Assembly (NCBI RefSeq): GCF_001194135.2
Contig: NC_068998.1
Location: forward strand, 24,432,336 to 24,496,335
Length of the DNA stretch: 64,000 bases
Source: Octopus bimaculoides
Taxonomy: Eukaryota
Direction: 5' to 3'
Shown: positions 13,702 through 26,257 of the stretch, piece by piece
Layout of the letters: the number at the start of each line of letters is the position of its first letter
Position numbering within the stretch: the stretch's first letter is position 1
Translations under genes and position numbers: made by a program
The notes under the pieces: generated by a model
The model's database searches: none
What the model was told of the DNA's origin: nothing
The model's input: the letters and a program-made list of their open reading frames with translations, nothing else

Positions 13702-13932
13702 GGCGGCGAGCTGGCAGAAACGTTAGCACGCCGGGCGAAATGCTTAGCAGTATTTCGTCTGCCAATACGTTCTGAGTTCAAATTCCGCCGAGGTCGACTT
13801 TGTCTTTCATCCTTTCGGGTTCGATTAAATAAGTACCAGTTACGCACTGGGGTCGACATAATCGACTTAATCCGTTTGTCTGTCCTTGTTTGTCCCCTCT
13901 GTGTGTAGCCCCTTGGGGGTAGTAAAGAAATA
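13702..13932 (+). mobile_element. Full-length tRNA-derived SINE family B
   Basis: GGCGGCGAGCTGGCAGAAACGTTAGC head, B-box, same body and tail as the inverted copy at 13300-13530. Confidence 0.92.
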
Positions 13933-14116
13933 ACATACATATCATACATAACATGCCAACAATTTGGTATTACAAAACAGAGGAAACAAACCTATACTGA
14001 TGGATTTATTGATCACATCTTATTTTCAGGAATTCAAGTCTTTATTGTGTATGGTGCTGAATTGTTAGAATTATTGTGTTTCAGAGAAAATGCTTTGTGA
14101 TATTTGCTCCAGTTTA

Positions 14117-14560
14117 AGGCAGTAAGCTGGCGGAATTGTTATCATGCCAGGCAAAATGCTTAGCGACATTTCATCCGTCTTTATGTTCTGAGTTCAAATT
14201 CTCCTGAAATCAACTTTGCCTTTCATCCTTTCATGGTTGGCCAGGCAAAATGATTAGTGGCATTTCATCTGTCTTTATGTTTTGAATTCGAATTCTGCCA
14301 AGATCGACTTTGCCTTACATCATTTTATGGTCGATAAAATAAGTACCAATTGAGCACTGGTGTCAATGCAATCGACTTACCCCCTTCCCTGAACTTGCTG
14401 GCCATGTGCCAAAATTTGAAACCTGTATTTGTTCCAGTCCTTTGTATTATGAGTTCAAATACTGCTGAGGTCAATTTTGATTTTCATACATCAGGGTTAT
14501 TAAAATAACATAGAAATCAAATACTGGTGTTGCTCTAATCAATAACCCCCACTCACCTCT
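14117..14560 (+). mobile_element. Older SINE family B copies, including an internal tandem duplication of about 93 bp
   Basis: gccaggcaaaatg..gcctttcatcc occurs twice in tandem (~14146 and ~14240), followed by a third degenerate B-box segment at ~14450. Confidence 0.75.
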
Positions 14561-15751
14561 TACAAAATCTGTAGTTCTGACCTATGTTAGAAATTATTGT
14601 TAACATCTAAAGGATGAATATCAATGCTTTGGCTTAGAAAACTGAGGTTATGAACAAGATACCAAAGATTATGAAATTTAGTCGCTTTTAGCACTTAAAA
14701 CACAACAGCTTTTTGTATAATTATAGCCAAAACAGGCAGTTGTTTGCATGTATTATCTCCCATACTTTGAATTGTAATTATAAGAGCCTGCTTAAAATGT
14801 TGACTTCAGTTAATTGGTATGATTTTGATATAATTAACGAATTAATAGTTATCTAATAATTATAGTGAATTCAATTAAACCAAATAAACTATTTATTCAT
14901 TGTGATAATTTATTAATACAATTTATTTATTATTCTTATTACTTTATTTATTTTTATTATTTAACCATGTGAGATATTTTTTATTATTTAACCATGTGAG
15001 ATATTTTTTATTTTCTAATCTAGATATATTGCTACTTAGCCACATGTGATATCGTTTCATGTGAAATAAAAACTATTGAATTTCACAGAAGTGCCATCTA
15101 AATATTCTTTATGCATTTTTACAAAGATGATAGATGCAGTGAGTAACTATAATCTAATGTGAAAAAAAAAAAAAAACCTACTCATATTAAAAAAAATAAA
15201 ACAAAATTTGCTGGAATATTTTCAGATCCTCTGCTTTGTGTGTTGTTAGATCTGCATATTTAAATATATTTCAATATTCCAACGTAAGATTATCTCTTGG
15301 AACTCTTCTAAGCTAAAACTGTTCAGTTTGCCGGCATAAAAAATAAAAAGTATTATGCTTCTCTTTTTCTCTCTTTCTTTCTTTCTCTCTCTCTCTCTCT
15401 CTTTCTCTCTCACTGTCTCATCTCTTTTTCATTCTTGGTTGTTCTCACTCTCTTTATCTCTCTTCTCATTTCTTGTTTCTATGCCATAATTTATGTCTTT
15501 CCATATTTTACTATCTTCATATCTTTTTCCCTACTTATCCCTTATTTCCTCTCTAATCCTCTTATTTTTTCTCCCCCACTTTTTCTTTCCTTCCCCCTCT
15601 CCTATTTTTGTCTTTGTTCCATATTCTTCTCTCTTACTCACCTCCATAAACTCCTCCAGTAATCTTCCTCTTCTTCTTTTCCCCTCTCCCATTTACTCTA
15701 CTCACTCACTTCTAGCTCATATATTTCTGAATCTACCTCTTAGTTAAATTA

Positions 15752-16722
15752 TGAGGCTGTATTGAGTAGTGTTTTTTTTTTTGATAGAGGAAGAGTTACT
15801 CTACCAACATATTTGAACACAAACCACAAAGTGAGAGACCATCAACTACAGTGATTGACATGATTTATCAGTGTGTGGATGAATTAATTTCCATGGGCAG
15901 AGAAGACACAAGATGGAGATCTTGCTGTACTACTGATCTGTGGTCACAATACATTAATTACAAGAGATGGTGGAAGGCTTTGGCTACTGGAAAGTGTGTG
16001 CAGGATGAGTAGTTCGGATGTTGATAGTCTATTAAAAAGAAAGAAAGGTACATATCTACCTTGGTTTGCTAGAAACATTGGAAACAAATGAAAACATGTT
16101 TTGTTTCCCAGTCTGGTGACATGGGATGATGTATACATATCTTTATGATTCAGAAATGAAGATTCAGTCCATGAAATGGCATAACACCTCTTCTCCAATG
16201 CCTAAGAAGTCTGAGGGCTAGTCATTGATGCAGAAAGTCATGGTAATTGTTTTGGAGGACGTCATTCTGTTTGATTTTTCTGGTGCATGGTTGTACTGTG
16301 AACAGCAGACAGTACGCTGAGTTACTCAAAAAGCATAGAAAAGTGATTAGGATGTAAACAATTCTCACTGCCCATGGCAATGCATGGCCACACAAATTTG
16401 TGGCAGCAAAATTAGTAATTGACAAATTGAAATGGTCAGTGGTCACCCATCCCTCATACAGCCCAGATTCAGCACCCTCAAATATCCCCTACTAAGTTCA
16501 AGGAAAGAAACTCTTCAAGGAAAATGATTTCATGGCACAAAGAAAGTGAAAATGGCTGTGAAGAAATGGATACAACAGCATACACCTAATTATTTACAAA
16601 GAGGTTTGAGAGCTGGGTTCTTTGATAGAACAAATGTGCTGTTTGTGATGGAGACTATGTTGAATAGTACCTTTGTATAGAGAGAGTTATTCTATCAACA
16701 TTTGAAATTTGAATGACCTAGG
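15752..16722 (+). mobile_element. Degenerate mariner transposon relic
   Basis: GYWKVCAG*VVRML (cf. WVPRML), SLVTWDD, KIQSMKWHNTSSPMPKK, HPSYSPDSAPS at 16448-16480 (YSPDLAP motif). TIR matches are weak. Confidence 0.8.
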
Positions 16723-18526
16723 TCAGTTAATAAAAAGATTATGTCCACTTTCGCATTTCTTTCAGTTTAACCATCATATTTTATCTCCGTTGTGTATTTC
16801 TCACTATCTCATTTCATCTTTCCTCCCATCTCTAACCCACCAGACTCACACACTTAAATAATTTGTTAGAACTATGAATTAATTTTCATATCTATATACA
16901 CAGCAACATTCTCTCTACTTTCATACCAATTAATCAATACATTGCCATAAATTTGTAAACTAATATCATTAAACTAATTTGTTAATTTACTTTATCACTT
17001 AGATTAAAACCATAGTTTCATCATGTCTTCTATTAATTAAATCTCAACTTTGGAGAGGTAAAAAACTAATATTAATTAGACACTGAAAGTAGGTCATTGT
17101 TGACTCAACAATAACATACTATGTTACATGTATTTATTTTTATCCACCTTGAAAGATAGCAGACAAATATTTGAAATAGACACTTAGAACATAGTGGTTT
17201 AAGTTCTGAAAGATACGTGTTAGACTCTACATTGCTGGGAAGGAATAATGAGAATGAAACATGTTCATACTAGTCACTGTACTTATCAAAGATCTGTTCC
17301 TGCCCTGCCCTACACTCTACTTGATTCCTAACCAGTTCTCTTCTTTGTCTTCCACAGCAAAAATTATCATTAACACTAATGTTTCTCTTCTTGTCAAGTA
17401 TAATTTCATTTGATTAATTTCTTTTTTCTTTTCTTTCATTTATTTTTATACTAACTACATTAGTTTGTACTTAGTTGTATACATTGTAATGCTTTTATTC
17501 TGATACTGCATTATCTCCGTCACTTCTTCCTCCATTAGAGAATAAAAGAAACAATTCTGTTGTTTTTTTGTCTCTTGACCATTCTACATTTTACCACCAT
17601 CACTTTCAAATATTTTGTTACAGATGTATAATTTAATTATATTTCTATTGTGAATTGAAATAAATTCATTCCCAATACTGCAGGCTGTAAATGTCTGAAC
17701 TCTTGCAAGACCGTATTTTTGTATTTTGTATTATATTGCGTATATATGAGAAGTGTGTATAATTTGTTTATATCATATCTATTCAGCTAACACAATATAG
17801 CTATTTAGAATGTTATTTTATTAATCTGATGTTTTATTTATCTGATGTTATCTGCTTATACAGATGCATGATGGAAATAATTACAATAAAAGAAAAATAA
17901 ACAAATGAGAAACGGGTGGTCAATTTGATACTGTTGCTCCTCTAAGCAGGATAAAGTTACTGCAATAAAATAACATTTGTATTGTGAGATATTGTATGAG
18001 CAAGGTTTATCTACATTATTTAATGCCATGTATCTACAACAAAAGTTTGAATGATCTGCTTCTCTTATTTGCTGTCAGTGCTGGAAGGTGTTTTTGTTTT
18101 TGTTGTTTTATTCTTTTTTAGGGATCTGTTGAGCTAGAAGTTATATTGGCAGTTATTTGATAACCAATGTTCCTAAATGTGACAGCAACTGTCACTTAAT
18201 TATCTTCACTGGGATTATGAAGTTGGTTGGTTGCTAGAAGAAAGATCAATAAATATATGACTCAAAATCATTTGCATCTTGGCTTGCTATATATCATTAT
18301 TTCTTGTATGAAGTACAATTCTTAGCTTAAACATACGTAAAGACATATTTTCAATACATAATAAACACATAGATGCACATATGGATTCATACAAATCAAA
18401 TGATATGCCATTAAAAGCTATGCAAGAGCTATTTACAAATCTATACAAATGGAAAATTTTTTTAAAACAAATATGATGATATTATTTGTGTAAACATGTG
18501 TGTGTGTATGTGTGTGTGCATGTATG

Positions 18527-19215
18527 TGGAAGGTGCATTCAAAACGTACCTGACTTTATTTTTTCCCACCAAAACCAATTCCTCTTGGACAAAATCCTTT
18601 GGATGGAAGCTGATGCCCCCTTTTAATGCATACAGGAAAACTTTTGCACTGCTAGGCTTTGTGACATCCCAGCTGTTGCTCCTAAAGTGCTGATGTGTAG
18701 TGCATGCTTGTTGGATTTTTGTCTACACACAAGATGACCAAACAGATATTGCATCAAGTTTTGTCAAGAGGTTGGTGATATGCAAGCTCAAACTATCTCA
18801 AAAATTCAGCAGGCCTTTGATAGTGATACCATGGGAAAAACTCACATCATGGAGTGGCACAACTACTTCAAACATGACTGCACCTCAGTGGAGATTGAGG
18901 CATGCTCAGGCAGGCCAACCACTAGCTGAAATGAGAAGTTGATTGACTAGGCTTGGTGATTAGTCATGGAAGAAAGTTGTGTAAACAATCCAAGAAATTG
19001 CTCACTATGTGAGAATAAGCACAGGATCGGGCATTCCATCTTAATAGGGGATTTGTGCATGCAGAGTGTGTCAGCAAAATTCATTTTCAGGGTGCTGGCA
19101 GAGCAGCAGAAGCAGCTCTGCATGGAAATTGCTCATGACATGCTGGATTGTGCAAACCACAGCTCAGACTTCATGGAGACCATCATCACTAGTGATGAGA
19201 TGTGGGTTTATGGTC
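18527..19215 (+). mobile_element. 5' half of a mariner transposon (mellifera-like)
   Basis: TIR-like ggaaggtgcattcaaaacgtacctgac; RYCIKFCQEVG, CSGRPTTS, VSAKFIFRVL, TIITSDEMWVYG (first catalytic D at 19194). Truncated after that. Confidence 0.85.
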
Positions 19216-19559
19216 TCTGCTCAATGCATTCAGGCATCTTGCATGAAAACGTTTGACAATTGTGCACTACACATCTGTACTCTAGGCCTAACAGCCAGGA
19301 AATGACATGGCCTCCTGGAGTAAAAATTTTAAGGCATGAACAGAAAGGGTGGTGTCACCACCTACCTAAAGGAGTGCCCACACAGCACTAGTTTTGTTAG
19401 AAAAAAATAAAGTCAGATACATTTTGAGAGCACCTCATTTGTATACACACATACACACAAAAAGAGAGAGAGAGATGATGATGATGATGGGAGACAGAGA
19501 TAAAACTGTAACACAAACAGTATGAAAAACTTGATAAACCAGAAAAATGTTTTGTTATT

Positions 19560-19790
19560 AGTTTTAGATTCAGAGAGAAAGAAATGACAACATCTTAACG
19601 TTTCAAATATAAGTCCTTCATCAGAGCAAGAAGAGAAGAAGAGGTAAAAAGGAAAAAACAAAACAAGTAAAGTAGCTATATGAAAAATCCAAAGAAATCC
19701 ATGTTCAAATCACAAAGCCACTATATACTGGAAATAAATGGAAGACTTCAAGAACACAAGAGCAAGAGTGGATCAAGTGGGTGTAATGTA
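19560..19790. mobile_element. Probable Penelope-like element relic: minus-strand hammerhead-type core plus plus-strand GIY-YIG-like fragments
   Basis: Minus strand CTGATGA-AGGACTTATATTT-GAAACGTTA at 19591-19630; plus strand LYTG and RLQEHK (19743-19760). Confidence 0.4.
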
Positions 19791-20284
19791 TATAATTCTG
19801 TGTGTATTTATGTATGAATGCAGTTTTTTAGGACTGTGTGTATGTGTGCGTGAGTGTGTGTTTAACTTGATCTTTAGCTCTGTGGTAGTAGTTGTCTTAG
19901 TGTAAGTATAGTAAAATTCTGTGTATATGAATAGTGCTTGTGTGTGTGTGTGTGTGTTGTCTTGTCTAGCAGTGTGCACACGTGCGTATGTAAGTTTGTG
20001 ATAATGTTGAATGTTTGCACATGTATTTATTGTTTGAGTGCATGTGTATGTTGGTTTTACTGTAGTATGTGTTTACTCTCTGCTTTCAAGTTTCTTTGCT
20101 TGCTATGTTTTTTTTCAATATATCAGTAATGATATTGCAAGTGATTGGTAGCATAGTATGCATTTGTATATAGAATCTCTACAAGGCCTTTCATCTTTCT
20201 AGAAGTAGCAGTTAAATCTTCATCAAAGCATACTTTATTGTACTAAAAGACACATTTAAAAATATCTATCTGTTAGAAAACCCC

Positions 20285-21887
20285 AATACTGCAGTATTCA
20301 TCTTGAGAGAGTATCAGTATAGACGTGACCCACTAGCTATTTGTGACATCATTGACTTGTTCATCACTTTTCTTTCTATATCAGTAGCAACAAAATTTGT
20401 CTAAGTACGCAGTTAATAGAGAACATTTATTGCTGATGATGAACAAATACACAGAAATCCTGTATCAAGCAATTCCACCACCACTACTGGATGCTTTTCA
20501 TCTGTAACAAATATTTCTGTGCTTTCTAGCACTACATGTCTATATTAGATGCTTTCTCAAGACAAATACTACAGTGTTGTGGCCATCTTATAGTATATAC
20601 ATATTAAGTAGGATAAACAAAATGCTATCAAACTGTACATGTGAACTGGCATACACCCAAGATGAAATGAGTTGAATATACATTTATAGATGAATATACG
20701 TTTTCTCAGAATCACCTATGTTTAAATGGAATATGGTAAATTCTAGAATTTAGGAATGAGCAAGATCTATGGAAGTTTATCTACTGAAAAAATTATATAA
20801 CTTATACAAACAAAATATCATGAATTCAAGTTTGCTTTGCATTAAATGCAGTTACAATTGTAACTGATAGAGCAAGTGCTCTGGCTAAATTTGGTAAAAC
20901 TTTTAATTGCTATCTTCAACTGTGTTTGGCAAGTGTGTCATATTTATCTTTTTTTTAGATGTTCTGTACAAAAAAAATAGATAAAACAATAAAAGAAATT
21001 GTGATGAAGATTATTCATTTAAGTTTAAAGATTAAAATGAATGTGGTTAATAATTACATTGATCTGCAATGGAACTCTGAGCAGAAGACTCAACTACTGA
21101 AGGAAATTTAAGCACTGACATTAAAATAAGTGAAGACAATTGTCATTTCATTTTGTATGTCTTGAATAAAAATGAAATAATTTTAAAATATGTTAAAGAG
21201 GAGCATGGTGATGATTTGCAATAAATTAATGGTATTACTACAAGATAGAATAATTTATTGTCAATGTAGGAATCATTCTTCTTCTTTAGCAGCAGTGTTG
21301 CAACAGTTATAATCGATATAACGCAACCTTTCAACTTTTCAGACAATGAATTTAATGTTATTCATTCTGTTGGCTCATCTTTGGAACCAAATTAAACTGG
21401 AGTTGAAAAACTAAGTTGAAGAGATATGACCTTGATCACTGCAGAAGACATATGTTTTTATTCTTGAATAATTTGATAAAATTCTCCAATGTTCTTTTTT
21501 ACAGAGAAAATGCATCAAGAAAAGAATTAATCCCCAAAGGAATAAAAAGCTGATTAGATTGATGAAGTATCTAAATAACCTTCTTTTAATTGTGGACCAG
21601 TTGACTCATTTCTAATTTTGCCATCAGAACCTTTTCAACAAAATATCTCAAAGAAACTATATGAAAGATTGTTAATCACTTTTGTCAGATGAATCCATTA
21701 CTCCCCTTTTAGTATCTGAACCCATGATAAATGAAGTACTCACTCCATCGAAAGTAATGTCCCCACTACAAGGAATTAAATGTTACCATTTAACAAAACT
21801 GCTGTAAACAATTGATTGAAACAGCATTCATTCATTTATGATTAAAAATGCATTGCCAAAGAAATGAAATGAAACCACTGGACATGG
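20285..21887 (+). pseudogene. Decayed hAT-superfamily transposase (hATm-like)
   Basis: IDEYT (catalytic D at 20689), IVTDRASALAKFG..LQLCLA (D at 20866), KNEIILKYVKEEHGDDLQ*INGITTR*NNLLSM (TRWN motif, 21186-21260), FSDNEF..LEPIKL, KKRI..LMKYLNN, IAKEMK..ETTG. Possible BED-finger remnant near 20290-20360. Confidence 0.8.
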
Positions 21888-22009
21888 TTAGGTTCCCCTT
21901 TCATGTCTCTGAAGATGACCATGTTATCAGCTTTGTATTTTGTAGGTCTTGAGTTGGCTTATTATGCAAATTTTAGCATGAAATCTACAGTTACAGTGGT
22001 GGCATGTAA

Positions 22010-22900
22010 TAGTAGAGCCAGGACATGCTTTCTTTGCAACTCTGTCATCTAAATTTTCTGGTCATATCAAATCCAGAGTGCTGTACTCCAGAATACAGAG
22101 CAAAATCCCACAGTGAGTTATCATGAGCAAGATATTCCCAAGTAAACTGCTCTTCATTGCACTTTTGTCAGACTGTCTTGAAGATGTCTTTGTATTTCTT
22201 CTTTGGTCCACTGCCTAGCAGAGAACAAACTGCTAGTTCACCAAAAAGATCTGTTTGAGGAGTCTGGAATTGGACATGCATGCTATATTTCCATTTCACC
22301 ATAACTGAAATCTGCATTGGAAAGTATAGAAGCTTGACATATTAGCTCTCACAAGCACAGTTGTATTTTTCTTTTTTGGCACATATATGGTACATTGTTC
22401 AGGTTTCACAATCATAAAGTAGTGTAGTCCCCACAACTTTGTATATGCCAAGCTTTGTTTTTATAGTCAGGCCAGGTCTTTTCCTTTTCTTTTATGAAGG
22501 TGTACAATGCTAGCATCTTTGAAATTTTGTGGAATTAGTTCATGAGTCCTCATTGTAGTCAATAGGGTGAGTAGTTTTACCTGTATTGTCTGTTCATCAT
22601 GTCTTCAAATCTCAAAAGAAATTGCTTGGGAGCTTTACGATTGGCTAGTCCTTTTGATGGCCAATTGAATTTCCACAGGTGTAAGTGGGTCACTCACTTG
22701 ATAGTTAGTGGGCACCTGAGGTAGCTGGTTTATTGCCTCTACATTTATATGTGAGGGGCAGAAACAGTTCCTTGTTTTTCTCAATACTATTTATTCAACT
22801 TCCATAAAATCAGAGGAGTCATTTCTGCAGTACGGCTCATTGTGATCAAGTTTGTGTGGAAACACCATGAACAATAAATCAATAAATGTTCCTTGGACAA
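22010..22900 (-). mobile_element. RTE-BovB-like LINE relic with two internal deletions that remove the RT core
   Basis: INQLPQVPTNYQVSDPLT..PQNFKDASIVHLHKRKGK is fused to GLTIKTKLGIYKVV..LLYDCET*T, then to VRANMSS..NSRLLKQIF..GPKKKYKDIFK. It may extend to ~23100. Confidence 0.85.
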
Positions 22901-24148
22901 TACTGTCAATATCATTGAACTACATTTTGTGATTCGGAAAAATATTCATTTTTGTCATAATTTGTTTAGGGTTTTCTGTACAAGTATCAATATTTGTTTT
23001 CAGTGGATCAAATTTTTATGTTCTTCATTCTTGCTTTATGGCACCCAGGTCTCTAAAGCATTCAATATGAGAGTTAAAGAATGAAAAATAAAAGTTTGGG
23101 TCTATTCTCAGGAAACTCTTGGGATTCACATTATTCTATTTTGTACTTTCATTTCCTGAGAATGATGAGTTTCAGGGAATTGAGAAGTCCTCTTATACAA
23201 ACACACATGCATTCAGACTGTGTGCATACATTCAACTTACAGCACCAGCAAATGATCATACACACATACAGATTAAAAGGTCACACAGAAAAATCAAACA
23301 AAACACATATTTCTAAAACAGTTATGAAGATAGACATGCATACTTATATATATGAAATACATGGGATGATAGTGTTTAATACACAAACAAAAATCGTAGG
23401 CTACATCCAAAAGAAGAGTATTCAGCTGATTTGCAAAAAATCAAGCACCAATACACTTGAACAATTAGCTCATGAGTATGTGGCTCCTTCTCTTTGCCTT
23501 CTCAGTCAATACTAAAGTGGTCCCTGCTCTTCTTGACTGACTGGCTGTATATACTCTCCACATAGTCGACCAAAATCACCTGACTCTTCCTTCATAAACT
23601 GCATCTGGTCACACCTCCTAAAATTTAATATTTCACTCAGTCTTTTCTTCCCAGAATGAAATTGTAACTCTCTTGGAGGTCTTGTATACACACATACAAA
23701 CTTCCCTTGCAAATAATGGGCTGCCCATGTTCAAAGTATACATACACTGCATCATTCCCACAACTGATGTAGAGTCAGCAAATGTTAGAAGCATTGTCCC
23801 TTCTTTTGTAACTAACTTAGAAATAAAAAGACTACTTTTGTAGTATTCAACTTGAATGCTCAAATTTCTACTTTTAGAAAAAAATCCACAAAAACTGGGT
23901 GATATCTACATATAAGATCCTAAATAGTTTGTATTTCAGATAATTTGATATCATAAGGACCTTTATAGAGTTGTTTTATCATCTGGAAACTGCAGCAGAA
24001 TCTCACTCAAGTCAGTTTATCTCCTTAAAAATAGGGAATATATGTCATCTTGGATATACTATCAATGAAAAATTTCAAGTTGTATTGGTCACAAATGAAG
24101 TGTTTTTTCTCATGGGGTCATTCACTCAAGGCAGTCTTTGAGTTAGAC

Positions 24149-24520
24149 CAGAGGTTCTCAACCCTCTTTTATCTATGGACCCCTTTGATTATTATTTTAT
24201 TCTGGTTGACCCTAATTGCCATTTGATATTTAAAAGCTGGTTTTATAGAAACTTCTTTCAAAATTCCTATTTTGTTTTACACACATTCACTTGTGTAGGT
24301 TGAACTATGTAAAATATTAGAGAAAGAAACCTAGTTGTTTCTTGTAAGACATACCAGTACCTACATCTAAGGCAGTACTTACATCTAAGGCAGTACTTAC
24401 ATCTAAGGCAGTACCTACATCCACTATTGTGGATCCTCAATTTACTATTTTGCTGCATGAACCCCACAAAATCTTATATGGATCATCAGGGACTATATGA
24501 ACCCTAGTTAAGAACCACTG
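24149..24520. mobile_element. hAT (Charlie-like) MITE with 8-bp TSD and an internal 18-bp tandem repeat
   Basis: TIRs CAGAGGTTCTCAAC / GTTAAGAACCACTG; TSD agttagac / ggttagac; cagtac(c/t)tacatctaagg x3.7 at 24355-24421. Confidence 0.9.
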
Positions 24521-24559
24521 GGTTAGACAATAGAAAGGGTAAAGTGTAGAGACTCACTT

Positions 24560-24835
24560 CAGTCATGAACCCCCTTCAGTCATGACCATGGGATTTTACC
24601 TAGAAAGATACCCCCGAAGGTACAAGTCCAGGCAAGGTTGTTTATGGAAGGCCAGCAGTTGCTCATGCATCCAGTCTCCTCTCTCCACATCACCAATGTT
24701 ATCCAAGAGAAAAGCAAAGGCCAGTACAACTTGGCACCAGTAATGTCGCAATACATTTCAGCAGCTGAGGGAACTGGAGCAACATGTCCGGGAATTGAAC
24801 TCACTACCTCATGGTTGTGAGCCTGACAATAACAT
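24560..24835 (-). mobile_element. SINE family E with a BovB-like 3' tail
   Basis: tRNA-like head on the minus strand (GAGTTCAATTCC); the tail repeats CATGACTGAAG twice, resembling the BovB 3' CACGACTGAAG unit. Confidence 0.55.
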
Positions 24836-26098
24836 GTGTTATTATTCAAACATAAGCAACTCCATTTGTCTGTTTCTTGTACATGAATGTTTGAAATTCA
24901 GCATGCAAACCAGAAACCATAGAAGAAATCAATCTTAATAGAAAACAAACATAAAATACTTGCAAGTACATCTCACTTGAATTATCACCAATGAGAAAGG
25001 GTATTAAGCTGGTACAATTTATAGTGCCCTGGAAAAAAATGCTCAGCAACATTTCTTTTTCTGCATTCAAATCCTGACAACCACAGCTTTTCTTTACACC
25101 CTTTCAAGGTCAATAAAATAAAGTAGCTGTCAGATACTGGGGTCATGTAATTCTGTGCCAAAATTTTGAAACAATTATTACCTGCAAGCAATCCCAACAA
25201 AATGCATTTATGCATAAAAAAGAAAAGCAAGTATCGTTTGACAATAAATACAAGCAAATCACTATTAAATTATACATGGGGATATCAAGCCATTTTAAGA
25301 GCATGTCCTTGAAATGTTACTTCCTATGAAGTATGACAAGGTAACCAAAATAATCCAGAACAACATGTAAAAATCCAGAAAAATCTCGTCACTCTAAAGA
25401 TAAATATACCAGCAGAAATGGGTGTCAGTGTTGTTATTGGAACATAAAAATATAAACAAGAAATAAACTCAAGCATAACCAGTCTGACATCATTAATGGG
25501 ATCACAAAATAAAATTAGACTTTGTTCTGGATATCAACTGGTTAGGGAAACAACAAAGATGTTTTATGAATTATATATATTCTATGTGCAACAGTACATT
25601 ATAGTTAGCATGTAATTGCTTGCATGTATGCAACCTAGCAGGAACAAGCACTTGGTATGCAGTAAGTGAAGAAAAAATACAAAAAAAGAAATGGCAGATT
25701 CCTAAGTGGTTTCTCTTAGAATTTTCAGTGCAAACATTGCATATGTGAATGTGCAGGAGTGTGTGCATGCATGTGCAAGTGTGTGTGTTAGAGAGACACA
25801 GAGAGATGGAGAGAGTAAGATGGAAAGAGAAAGAGAGAGAGAAAGAGAAGTGGAGAATGAAGAAAAAGCTGAGAATTTGTGCTTATGCATGAATGTCTAA
25901 AACCATCAGTATGTGTTTTTGTGCATGTTCTATAGCTCTTGTGAGATTCTCTGCATTTTAACAGCCAAATAAATAAGTAAATAAAGAAATATATATTGAT
26001 AGAGTGTAAAACTTCTCTCATCTTTTCAACCTGAAATTGTGCAAAATTTCTACCACATTCTTCAAAAGGTGAGAAAAAAAAAAAATGAAAATGTGCTT

Positions 26099-26257
26099 AG
26101 GTCCCCGTAACTTAGCGGTTCGGCAAAAAGAGACAGATAGAATAAGTACTAGGCTTACAAAGAATAAGTCCTGGGATCGATTTGATTCGACTAAAGGCGG
26201 TGCTCCAGCATGGCCGCAGTCAAATGACTGAAACAAGTAAAAGAATAAAAGAATAAG
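26099..26257 (+). mobile_element. Young 3' half of SINE family A
   Basis: gtccccgtaacttagcggttcggcaaaaagagac..ctccagcatggccgcagtcaaatgactgaaacaagtaaaagaata, with CpGs intact. Confidence 0.9.

Noticed and set aside
14952-15012. About 30-bp tandem duplication (similar small ones at 3681-3715, 47348-47381, 48314-48347)
   Set aside because: Ordinary local slippage duplications.
23081-23515. 144-aa plus-strand ORF, one of the longest without Ns
   Set aside because: AT-rich and partly CA-repeat derived, with no recognisable domain or splice context.
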